Below, in pieces: positions 39,120 through 50,769 of a DNA stretch of 64,000 bases. Each line of letters starts with the position of its first letter. Positions within the stretch are counted from its first letter, which is position 1. Source of the stretch: Isurus oxyrinchus. Its lineage: Eukaryota. The notes under the pieces are model-generated. The model searched no databases and was not told the DNA's origin. It was given only the letters and a program-made list of their open reading frames with translations. The translations under genes were made by a program, and so were the position numbers. The stretch covers positions 49,166,001 to 49,230,000 of the forward strand of contig JANJGN010000012.1 in NCBI GenBank assembly GCA_026770705.1, given 5' to 3'.

Positions 39120-39435
39120 GGAGGTCTTGTGACACAGTGGGTAGCATCCCTACCTCTGGCTCAGATAGCTCCAAGTTCAAGTCCAGTTCAGGACTTAATG
39201 GCACTGGAAGGTGTGTTCATAATGTGACAAAACAGGTTGATTATCAACCTGTAAATCCTTCCAGTATGTCTGATGGCAGACGGTAAGAACAGCAGAGTTT
39301 CTTGGTCAGCCGTACTGCTGAAGGCAATGGCAAAGCACTGCAGTACTTTGCCAAGCATAATCATTGACTAATCCAATGCAAGATCATGATTGACAATGAA
39401 TGCTCTCTTAGGGCATGGCACCATGGAGGAGGATG
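39120..39435 (+). mobile_element. tRNA-derived SINE with an RTE-like tail
   Basis: tRNA-like head (GACACAGTGGGTAG..GTTCAAGTCC); tail GAAGGCAATGGCAAAGCACTGCAGTACTTTGCC. Confidence 0.6.
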
Positions 39436-40649
39436 TGCCATGTAGCTATTGCCTGCCTGCTAAGGTCTGTTTCTGTCTTCAAATCTAAAACACCCCTTCA
39501 CACCTAGAAACCAGTTCAAATGTAGGAGAGAATAAAATGAAAATCCCTTTAAGATATTTTGACATCTCATAACATCTCATTTTGAATGAGTCCACCCTTG
39601 TTGCACCATGTGCCAATGAAGATTTCTCCATTCATCAGCCATTTCACTTTTCAGCCTTAGGTAAAGAACATTCTGATGGTATTGTTTCCTGGTCACTGGA
39701 AGGGGCAAATATGGCTGATGCTTCAGTTGTGAAAACTGAAGAAGACCTTATCAGTTTGGTTACACTTGCTCCTTCTTCAACCCATGGATCTGCTTTGTAG
39801 AACTTAGGAACTGGCTCAATGGCAGTTGGAAAGGATGTCCGAAGGCTTCTTGATATCAAGAAATGCTACGCAGCCAGCATAGGCAAATCATAGAAACTCA
39901 AAGAAGCTACAACAAGTACACAAGCCAAAACAAAAACTGCTGAGTTTTTCCAGGTAATTCTGTTTTTGTTTTGGATTTCCAGCATCCGCAGTTTTCTTTG
40001 TTTTTATCATAAGTACACAAGCCATGCAGCCCAACTAGTCTGTATCAGCATTTAGTATCCATTCAAGCATATAGTCCAAAACACATTTACCCGCACTGGC
40101 CTGTATCCCTGCATCCATTTTCTTCATTAACCCAGCTAATGTAATCATGAATGTTGGCATCATTTCTACCTCAATCACTAGCCCTGTGATTTTCACAGCC
40201 TCACCATTCACTGCTTAAGGATGTTTCTCCTGCCTTCTGTTCAAAATCTCTCATATATAACCTTGGTGTTTTGTTCACATCCCTCAATGATCAGAAACGG
40301 TTTATATCTATCCTGTCCTCTCTGTTCAAAATATTGAGCTTGTTAATCATATGGCTCCCTAATCAGCACTGTCCTCACAAAATAGTGCTAATTCTCCTTG
40401 GCCTTTCATTGCAAACGCATTTCCTTATACCAGCAACACCTGCGAACCTGTGTTGCATCCTATCCGAAACCTCAGTATCCTTCCTATTGTGTGGAGCTCA
40501 TTGCTGCATACAATATTTCAACTGTGATTTTCCTTTGTGAAGTGTGGTGTGCCCTTACAGTCTGAAAACTGGCACTCTAGATTGATTTCCCTGTCTTTTA
40601 GCGACTCCTACAGACTGTGATGGTATAATGCACAATAATAAACAAGTTA

Positions 40650-40790
40650 AACATACATACATATACACACACATACACACGCATGCACACAAAGACGTGA
40701 GCATACAGGCTCACAACTACATTCACACACACACAAATATGCACAGTCACACTCATACATACAAACAAGACACATAAAAAACACGTGCAC
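40650..40790. repeat. Degenerate (CA)n / (CATA)n microsatellite
   Basis: ACATACATACATATACACACACATACACAC... Confidence 0.8.
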
Positions 40791-41202
40791 TCTAAAGCTC
40801 AATCCACAGCATCCACCTATTCCAGATGTTTCTACTGTTCCAGCGCTACCGCTAATGTATAATAACTCCAGTCTATCTCACTCTCTCCTGGTTTATAAGC
40901 AGACCCCTGAACTCTGAAGTTACAACCTCTGAGTCTAATGCTGTGACATCAGCTTCATTGTCAAAGCCACCAATCACAAATCATTAAAACTGAAACCATG
41001 GCGATAGATTGTTCTTCCATCATGTGTCAAAATCCCAGCAATAACTTTACTCCTTCCTCCCTGTGAATCGCAGCACCCAAACTGTCAGCTTGCTGAAATA
41101 GAGCAGGAATAGAGCTGGGAGCTGCATGCTGGGTGCGTCTCAGAAATAAAACTATTTTCAAACCTCTGAACCGGGTCTTCAATTTGTTTCATTTAAATTT
41201 TA

Positions 41203-44200
41203 AGGGCACAAAATTCAGATCTGTGACACTGGAGGCAGTGCTACAGAAGCTAAATATCCTCCGATGGTATGCACTGCACTGCCAACTGTTTCAGGTGTGC
41301 TCCATGGCATACCATGTGGAGAAGGGCACTCGGGTGGGCACTCCCTCAGGGCACCAGAATCAGCTGGATGTGTGCTATCCAGATGCCACACATCCCTCCC
41401 AGCCGATGTGATGCCCATTTTCCAAATTTGGACCATGCAGGGTTCATTCAATGAATTCACTCATCACTCACCAAAGATCAAAATGTTCATCTGCAAGAGG
41501 GCCTCAGCACTAATGGTATTTAAAGGGCCGGACCACAAGTTGCAGGTGAAGTGCTTTTATTTCTGTTGAGGCAGAGTTTGTGGAGCTGGTGTTTTAGAGT
41601 TGGTGTTTAGAGTCAGAGAATGCAGGGAGATTCCTCACCCAGCTTTGGGAGATGTGCTGACAAAAGACCATGAGTTGGAGCAGAGGATGCAGAGAAATGA
41701 AATTCTGTGAAGGGGGGGGAATGGACTCTCCACAGAAGGCCCTAACCAAAGGTTTATCGGAGAAATTTTATTACTTCCCTTGACGCAGGAGTATTGCCCA
41801 GGATGACATAGGTCCAAAAAGGAGGTGGGGTGGAATCTTGTGGAGGTGATGGATGTCTTGGCCACCACATTGAGACCCAGTGAGGGCCATGCGTCGCCTC
41901 TTTACAAGAGGGTCCACCACATCTTGTGCCTCTTACACACTTGACAAGCCAACAGCAGGCCTTCCCCCATCAGCAAGACCACCAGGGGCTGGAGTCCCAA
42001 CCACCAAGATGTGCCAGCTAATCAAAGGCCGACAGGTCTAATTGAACGCCACCGGGCTGGCAGAAGCTGCTACCGGTAGTGTGCCCACCCAAGGCCTAGG
42101 GTCATTGCTGGATCCCAGGGCAGAGGTGAGTAATGTAGGAAGTAAGGGTTAATACCAATGGCAACAGGATGAGGCCTTTAAATGGGCATTACTTGTCTAC
42201 TTAAGGGCCTCAGTTGGTGATTGAGGTGGGAAGGTGGCAGGGTTCCACCTGCCCAATTAAATACCTTCCCATCTCAAAAGGGCACAAAATTCTGCCTGTG
42301 GCCACTGAGCTATGTCATCCCCTACAACCTGGAACCTCACCTCAGAGCAAGGAGAGCCCTGCCAGTGGCCAAAGGTCCTTCCAAGCGAGACTGGGAGACT
42401 TCGCTACCATCTCCCAGTGCAGCAACCACAGCAGCATCCAGGAAGTCACAGAGGCCGCCTGGCTCAGATGAGGACAGTACATCGTAATCTCACTCAGGAG
42501 ATCAAGCAGGATGAAAGAGCCAATGGACTTTGCCAAGATCATGTGATTCCCGATAATGCAAGCTGCCATTGACTGCACACACATGGTTCTGTGGGCTCCC
42601 CGTGGCAAAGGAGAGAGGCACAGGGATCTCAAGGGATTCTGTTCCATGAGTGTGCATTTGGTGTGCAACCAGTCCCAATGCAACATGTCAGTGAATGCAT
42701 CATCCCGGCATCAGAATTCACCTGAACCAGTCGACCCTGCTTGCCATCTTCTGCCCTCCCAGAGGAACCAGAGGATGCCTGCTGGGGGTACAAGGGCTCT
42801 CACCGCACCCCTATACACCCCCCTAATCTGCTGTCCCACAAAATGAGCATAGCTGGTCAGCCACAGAGCCACTCAGAACATCATCGAACGGGCATTCAAC
42901 TTGCTTAAAGCACAACTCGATCACTCTGGGTGAGCGCTGCAATATACACCAGAGAGTGGCCTGTGCACATTCTGAGGCCTCAAGCCTTACAACTCAGAAT
43001 CCAGAAGCCACCTTGGAGAACAAGAAGATAAAGGAGGAGAATGAAGACAGACAGGAGGGAGAGCAGAGAGATGCAGGGAGGAGGCATTCTAGATGCCTCT
43101 TGAATGGGCTTTCAGAGAGCACATTATCAGACTGGGTTTTCAGTGATACTGCTTCCCCCTGAACAACATGGACTCACAATTCCCCACTGACGCATCCATC
43201 TAAGACATCCCACACAGTGCCCATCCTCCCCCGCCTCCGGCCACCATCCAACAATAAAAATCACCAATGCAAATTTTACACAACATCTTTACCCAGCAAC
43301 ACATCAAATTATAAAAACAGCAATGAACTATTTGACTTGTACATTTCTTTAGTGTCTGTCTTGGGGATGCCTTTGCCTGGCCTGGTGTTCTCACTCAGTG
43401 CTGCTCCAGTGGCTGCAGCACAGCTGTTGGAGAGCGCTGACATTCAGTGGGGGTGACCGGAGATGGTCTCACAGGAGAACGTCAAGCAGCTTTGGAGCTC
43501 AAGGGCCTTGGACTGCGCCATCTTGGCAAGGGCACCTAGCAATGCACTGGAGGATAGATCACTGGATTGCTGAGAGAGCCTGCATATGCCCCTTTGAGCA
43601 GTGAGACCCACAGCCATGATGGTAATGGTCTGAGCCAGGCTGGCAGCGAGTACGGACATCAGATGGATGACCTCCACCTGAGCTTTCACTGGGGTATTGG
43701 ATGCTTTCTGCCTGTGCTGCAGTGGATGCTCAGGCAGCAGCCACCAGAAGCTCCATCACAACTGGGTCTGCAAGTGCTATCATGGAGTTGGCCTCCATTG
43801 TGGAAAGCATGGGCTCCAAGCTCAGCATGATGCCCTGTAGCACAATGGAGCTGGACCACCCTCTGCCACCCACATTTCCTGGCAGTGACATGCAGCTATG
43901 CCAACACACCCAGCATCTTGCCGTGCATCGTCACTAGTCTAATTCTCTAGTCGCCACATTGAATCCCTGAGGGGCATCTTGTAGCAGAAATCATGTACAA
44001 CTTCAACCTCCAATGAGTTGGTCATAAGCTACACTTTCCCCCTGGCCTGGTTGCAGCCCATCAGTGCCCAGTGACTCACCATGCACCGATCCCAGCTTTA
44101 TACTTGCCTCCTCCATTCACACATTGTCAGTGTCTGAGCTGATGGCTGTGATTATCAGATCAAGTGATGATGTTTCTTCATCGGTGGTGTGGTGTTGTTC

Positions 44201-45340
44201 TCACCATTCCTCTGGGGATTGCTGTGTTTGGAAAGGTGGCAGTTGCTGTGTGTTTGAATGAAGATAATCAGAAGGGAGGTTTGGGGCGAGGTGGAGACGG
44301 GGTGGAGTGTAAAGCAAGAGGCCCATGGTCACTCCATCTGCAGCTTGTATTTCATGTCACATCATGGGACGAGGGTGAGGAGGGAGTCAAGAAAGGGCAG
44401 AAGGCAATAACTTATCATCATCCTCGATGGCCCCAGCAATAGCAGATGCCATAGATTCTGTCCCAACCAGACCCATGATGATGGAGTGCCATCTCTTCCA
44501 TCGGGCTGAGTGGACAGAGCCATGGTGGTGCCCTACACATTCTCTGCTGCTCCCTTGTGTTTTGTGCCACCTTGCGTGCAGAGAGGGAAGAATGTCAGTG
44601 ATTGTGTAGCATTTTGCATTTGGGTGATATGTCTTCCATAGCTGAATAGCTGGTGGTATGTGGAGGCATTGAAGAGTGGGTGTGAGGCTGGCAGCATTGG
44701 TGGGATTGTAAGGGTAAGGTGGGATGTCTGGATGTTAGTACTGAGCCCTGAGTGCCAGAGTGTGCTGCTGTGGGAGTGATGGGGGCATAGTATATTGAGC
44801 AGTGTTAAAAGTCTGAGATGTGATGTGAAGATGCAGTCCACACAAATGAGGTCATTAAGCTTCTTCCAGCACTGCAGCCAGGTCCTCAGAGCCAGACTCT
44901 GGATGTTGGTCTCCCTGGCCACCTGTTCTCACTCCTGTCAGAGAGTCTGTCAGGAGGGCCTCCTGGCCCCAAGAGGAAACACCTCCTTTTCTCTTGAGTC
45001 CTCCTCCTTCACCAATGTTTCCAGTGCGGCAACTTCAAAACTTCAAGCCCTCTCCCTGCTCTGGCATTCCATATTTTGTTGAACTGTAGCAGTATCAGTT
45101 ACAGCCTTCTGTTATCCAGTGCAGCTGCCCTTTAAGAAGGACAGGCTGTCTTTAAGAGTGGAAGCTGGAACTCGAGCTAGCTTCACGGGCACTTACTATT
45201 GGGCAATTGGGCATACAGCCAGCCAGCAAGTCATGCTGGGCTACATACTGAATTCATTTAAATGAGGAGGCAGCACGAAATTTGCAGAAGCAGGTTACAA
45301 ATCGCAACCACACGGATATGTTTTTTAGTACAAATTGTGC
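41203..45340. mobile_element. PIF/Harbinger DNA transposon copy 3 (old, heavily decayed; ends uncertain)
   Basis: Plus-strand transposase remnants SFQARLGDFATISQ and AAIDCTHMVLWAP..KGFCSMSVHLVC (about 42300-43140). Minus-strand Myb exon WEQVARETNIQSLALRTWLQCWKKLNDL (about 44850-45070). Confidence 0.8.
41828..42297. mobile_element. Harbinger-type MITE inserted in the copy-3 transposase
   Basis: TIRs GGGTGGAATCTT / AAAATTCTGCCT, TSD GTG/GTG. The flanks rejoin as KKEVATELCH. Confidence 0.75.
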
Positions 45341-45494
45341 AGTGTTCTCAAGTCTCATGCATGTTATTCTGTCAATTTTCTGGGTGAAATTTGTTCCAAT
45401 TTAATGAGGGAAAATTGACTGTGATGGACTAAATCCTCACCGCACCCTGTGAATTATAATCCATTTATATTCAACAAAGTCAGCTGTAACTCAC

Positions 45495-45639
45495 CTGTAG
45501 CTTTTTCTTTCCTGACCTTCAGGCATTTGGGACTGATTGTAATCTGAAAACACTTTCCAATTGTAACTCAAAAAGTTCTTTCCAGTTGGAGTTTGCAGCC
45601 TGTGTCGCTGCATTTCACCATTCTTATGCTTTGTGCTCT
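45495..45639 (-). CDS. Putative upstream exon of the host gene
   Basis: Strong donor CAG|GTGAGT. Open frame ..STKHKNGEMQRHRLQTPTGKNFLSYNWKVFSDYNQSQMPEGQERKSY ends in phase 2, compatible with the 39076 acceptor. The acceptor position is ambiguous (45543 or 45639). Confidence 0.45.
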
Positions 45640-45879
45640 CTTGTAGAAATGAGGAGGCCATTCAGCCCCTCGAGGCTGATCTGTCATTCTATGACTGACA
45701 TGTCCCTCAACTCCATTTACCCCCCATGGTACCGTATATCTTAATAGCCTTGCTTAACAAAAATTGGAGTGACTACTCACACATGCTATAGAGTGAGGTT
45801 TAGTGACGTTAGAGTTCAAATTCTAGAGTTAATCAGGAAACCTACCTCGTACAAAGATAAATATTATTTCTAAATTTAA

Positions 45880-46300
45880 TTCCATCCATTGTTTTATCTC
45901 CACTTTTTAGCCTATTTCAATCCCTTCCCCCCACCCCACCCCCACTAGGGCCATCTGCCACTCGTTTGGCCTGCTTTCTATCCTTAATGTCACCATTAGC
46001 ACATTCCTTAGCTAATATCACCACCATCAACACCCTTTTGTCCTTTTGTCTATGACATCTTTGGCAAACTCTTCTTTGCCTCCACCTATCACAGGCTCTC
46101 TATTCAGCTCTACCTGTCCCACCCCCCTCAACCAGCTTATGTTTCACCTCATTTATATTTTTCCTTAGTTCTGATGAAGAGTCATATGGACTCAAAACGT
46201 TAACTATATTCCTCTCCGCAGATGCTGTCAGACCTGCTGAGTTTTCCCAGCTATTTTTGTTTTTGTTTCAGGTTTCAAGCATCTGCAGCATTTTGCTTTT
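45880..46300 (+). mobile_element. Penelope-like element 3' end / pLTR
   Basis: Pyrimidine-rich body, then a CTGATGA..(G)AAAC hammerhead-like core and the CAGATGCTG..GACCTGCTGAG tail seen repeatedly in the window. Confidence 0.7.
46166..46206 (+). ncRNA. Minimal type I hammerhead ribozyme motif (G12 to A change, probably inactive)
   Basis: TAGTT-CTGATGA-A-GAGTC-ATATG-GACTC-AAAA-CG-TT-AACTA. Stem I TAGTT/AACTA, stem II GAGTC/GACTC, palindromic ACGT stem III. Confidence 0.6.
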
Positions 46301-47020
46301 ATCTGTTTAAATCTGATTTGTCTTTGGTCACAACACGCTTGCTGATGGCTTTGTTTTAATAACTGTCCTTTTAACCTGCAGCCTTTCCTCTGCACAAGAC
46401 TGGTTTTGAAGGAATTCCATCTTGGGATCATGTTGCAGCTCTGAGCAGGAGATTCACAGAGCAACATCAGCATCTAGCGGTGCAAAGGTAGCATTACACT
46501 GTAAAATTCCCTTGATGCAAGTTTCCAGTGGGCAGAATTTTCTGTTCGGCCTGCAGGGGCAGGACCCACACGCCAATGCGTAAAATGACGCACAATAACG
46601 TCGGGCAAGCGTCCCAGCGTCACTGAGCGCCACAGCGATATTTTGGCAGGCGCACGATGATCTCCGTTGTGTGCCCGCCATTAATTAACGGGCCACTTAA
46701 GGCCCTTGGGGCTCCAATTGACAGGGATTTTGCAGTACCCGTGCAATCTTCGGGTCATCGCATGGGCACAACAGGCAGGCAGGCAGGAGAAACTGGTATG
46801 AGCCTCATCCATGAGTGGGAGAAAAGGGCTCAGTGGGATCGCGATTCTACAGATTTAAAACTTATTGTACAATAGTTACTTAAACTTGCCTGTGTGGGCT
46901 GGAAAAGTTCAAAACGCTGCCCAGCTGCTTGGACTAGACTCATAACCTTCAGGTCAGCACTCAGCAGTGAGGATTTGCTTTGGGGCCTGTATGTTTCAGG
47001 AAACCTCCCTGAGCCTGGGA

Positions 47021-47978
47021 ATGGGAGGTGATCTCTCCACTGGAGGCACCTCCTCCGAGGAGGAAGGGAGGGCTAGAAGGGGGAGGAGCCCAGGAGTGCG
47101 CATTCAGCCTCCAGGGGAGCCACCTTTGGGAGGACAGGTGCAGGCACAAGGGGTGCTGGGCCAAGAGACAGACCAAGGTGGAAGGGGCCGCAGAAGACGC
47201 CCCTACCCTGGTGCCAGGGGATACAGGCGGAGAAACAACTACCTCAATATGTCTGAGGTGCAGTGCCGAAGGAGGCTCTGCCTCTCAAGGGAGACAGTCA
47301 ATTATACAGCTGCCCTCAACTTCTATGCCTCTGGCTCTTTCCAGGGGTCAGTGGGGGGTCTCTGCGATGTCTCCCAATCAGCTCTCCACACTTGTCGAGC
47401 AGATTACAGACCATCTGTTTAGGCATGCATTGACCTTCATCCACTACCGCTGGGATGAGGCCAGCCAGAAAAAGCGAGCCAGAGGCTTCGCAGCCATTGC
47501 TGGCTTCCCCCATGTCCAGGGTACAATAGACTGTACACATGTGGCCATCAAGGCGCCAGCAGGTGAGCCCAGTGCCTTCGTCAACAGGAAGGGATTCCAC
47601 TCCATGAACGTGCAGATAGTGTGTGACCACAGGATGCTGATTCTACAAGTTTGTGCAAAGTACCCAGGCAGCTCCCATGACACCTACATCCTCAGAGACT
47701 CGTAGGTTCCGGGGCTCTTCAGTGCTCCAGCCCGGCTGGATGGATGGCTGCTGGGTGACAAGGGCTATCCCCTCAGAAGGTGGCTCATGACACCTCTCCG
47801 CTATACAAGAACAGAAGCTGAGCAGGGGTACAATAGAAGTCTCATCTCCACAAGGGCTGTGGTGGAGAGAGCCTTTGGTCTTCTCAAAATGCACGTCCGA
47901 TGCCTAGACACTGACCCGGACATACTCCAGGGAGGCAGGGACACCTGGGATGCTCTAATCCAAGGAATCTTTAGCTAG
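47021..47978 (+). pseudogene. Harbinger (HARBI1-like) transposase
   Basis: Motifs [57 protein letters not shown] and VERAFGLLK. Internal deletions, a frameshift and a stop are present. Confidence 0.93.
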
Positions 47979-48304
47979 CGCACCACATATGGACCTCCAA
48001 CACAAGCCTGGTCTGCAGCCTCCATACTGAAGACATTACTGCCAAAGCTGTCAGGATAGGAGCATTGACAACGGGCCCAGTCAATAAATGTCAATGACAC
48101 ACAAATCACTCATAATATCTCAGGAATCCACTCACCTGCCCAAGAAAAGAGGCACCCCCAGCCATGTTAGACAATCTTGATTTAATGCTTTCACAAAAGT
48201 CTCTTAACATTATACAAATAAAATGGTGTCACTCTGCAAACACAATCAGAAGGAACTCATAGGGGGGCCAACAAAAAACCACCAGTGATGAACCCGGGGT
48301 GTGC

Positions 48305-50484
48305 CTAAGGTGCCTTCATTTTACGTTTGTGGGTGCTACGTCTGAGACAGCCTGTTCTCTCTGATGTCCTGTTGGCCTCGATGACCTTGGTGGATGTCCT
48401 TTGGCCCGTGGAGCCTGCGCTGGCCCCGCCTGGGATGAAGCTATCAGCTCTGCAGCTGGTATCTCCCCACTCGTCGCAGCCTCAGTGGGTGCTGCGGTCA
48501 CTGGCAGAAGGGTGCGCCCTCATCCGAAGCGCCCTGCTCCACCGACATGAGGACCATTTGGCCCTCCCTGCTCACTGTAGGTGGATGGACACCGAGGTAG
48601 GATGCTTGATGGCCAAACTACCACCCACACGGGCACTAACCACCTGAAGTCAATGCCACTGTGAGGACGTGCAGGTACGGGCACAACTCCAGGAACCCCT
48701 GATCCTGTCCCTGGAGCTGCCTCTCCATGAGAGTCGCCAATCTCTCCAAGGAGGAAGCTTGGCGCTCAGCCATGAGGCTCAATACATCGGCTATGGTACG
48801 TGTAGACTCCTCCACCACTGACACCAAACCAAGCACAGCCTCATGTATCTCCACCAGATGGTCTCACACACTCGGCCACATATCATCAGTTTGCTGCATT
48901 GGGGACGACTCCAGAGGCTCATCATCAGCCATGGACTGAGCACGTGCCTGGTCCCTGCTGTCCTCTGACTGCGGGCACCATCAACACTCTCTGTCTCCGC
49001 CAGTTCCTCCAGCAACTGTGAAGTGCCCTCACTGCTGTGCCCTGGGACACTAGCCAAAGATCTGATGCCCACCAGAGTGCCAGTATCTGCGCTGGTGCCT
49101 GCCTGGCAGAGATGGTGTGATGCTTGTGATGTTGGAACTTCATGACCCTCAGGTGTCAGAAGGGGCCCCTGCTGCTCCGGGTCCCGGCCCTGCAGTGCTG
49201 ATACTGAAAGGAAGAGTAAGGACATTCAATCGGTTAGCCTGCGGGCAATGTCAATGTACATGCCTATCCCCCAGCTCATCATGCGCTCATCATTCCTCAC
49301 GCAATGGGCAAGCCAAGTTGGTCACGTCACTCACTCAACAATCAGCAGTGTCATGGATGTTAGGAGACTACTGGTGATGTGAGATCTGGCCACACATACC
49401 TGCCCATGGAACCCCAGCCTCTCCGGCTCCAGTGGACCTGGGTGCGTGCCGCCTCTCCAGGTCAAGGGCCTCCTGCTCAAAGCAGTTAAGCAGCAGTAGC
49501 TGGGCTGGCCCACCACCAGTCCTCACCCATTCGGCAGTGTTGTGAGAATTCTTCCCCTGGAAATGAAAAAATAACATTGCTAAGTGATACTTGTACCGTG
49601 AATCTCCTCACGGCCGGCCCACCCCAAGTCCAGTTGGCCATTGCAGGGGTCCAATGCATCCTCACCCCATTGCTGCTGAACACTCACACAAATATGCCAG
49701 GTGTGTCCTTCCCACCTGCACCCCCTCTTGGCCACATGCTGCCTTCATCATACTTAGGAGCACACACAGTTTAACCTGCCATAGCAAGGAGGTACAATGA
49801 AGTGGATCACAGAGGGCAGCTGGTCGATCTGTGCCATGCCACCTTGAAGACCCCCTCCCACCATGTCATCACCCTGACTCCCACATGTTCAAGCACTGCG
49901 CCTGGGTGCAGATCCTCCAGGCTGCCCCATCACAGTCGTGTGGGTCTCATTCCACCAAATGCTGTGGGTGGGCAGAACCCATCTCATTGCCGCCCTCTCA
50001 GGCTGACAAACGCATAAAGAATATCTGCTGGGCCACCCATGACACAAGCCATCAATGACTCATTGCATTCAGGCCATTCAGACATGGGTGTGGCATCAGC
50101 GGGGGAGAAGCTTACATGATGGGTGAAGTGAACAATGCCAACATGTTACTCACCCTCCCCGTGAACAGCAGGTTGTTGAAGCACTGCAGCCCTTGATCCA
50201 TGAGCTCCGCACCATGTCGTGGGAGCTCAGGACCTCCTCTACCTCCTCCCATGCACGCTTGGTCAAGTGGAGTGATCTCTTCCTCCCACCCCCCCCCCCC
50301 CCCCACCCCACCCCCCCCCCCCACTCCTCCCCTCCCACCAGGGGACAAGCACCTCCCGCCGTGCTGCCACCCCCTCAAAGAGGGCAGCAAGACACTTGTC
50401 CGAAAACTTGGGCGCACATTGACCGCCCACCCTACCCTCCTGCAAGGCCAGCCTGGATCTGCATTGGCCCTGACCTTTGGCCAT
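48305..50484 (-). pseudogene. Harbinger Myb/SANT-like partner gene, 3 exons (about 50484-50154, 49556-49400, 49203-48305)
   Basis: CAPKFSDKCLAALFEGVAARREVL..KRAWEEV..RSSWI. GTGAGT and GTATGT donors and CAG acceptors sit at the same positions as in copy 1. Confidence 0.82.
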
Positions 50485-50769
50485 GTACAGCAGCCTTGGA
50501 GCGGCTGCAGCTTGGCCTTTAAACAGGCCAGCGAGTCGCCATTGAACCCGGCGGCGATTGCTGATCCGCCTCTGCCCGCCCACTTCCGCTGTGCCTGGGA
50601 GACGCAAAACACGCTGGGCGGACCTTAACTAGCCTGTCCGCATAAAATGGCGGCGCGGACCCTATTGACACTGGCGGCGATTGGGTCCATGCACGCTCCT
50701 GCTCCGCTCCCCGTCCCCCCCAGCCAGATGGCAAATTCTGCCCAATGTTTCCATCTGTCAATAGGACTG

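Larger units (their letters stand above)
46530..50743. mobile_element. PIF/Harbinger DNA transposon copy 4 (same family as copy 1, opposite orientation)
   Basis: Perfect 11-bp TIRs GGGCAGAATTT / AAATTCTGCCC; TSD AGT/AAT; both genes present. Confidence 0.93.

Noticed and set aside
50112-50628. Gly-rich and Pro-rich ORFs
   Set aside because: Produced by the poly-C/G tract within the Harbinger Myb exon.
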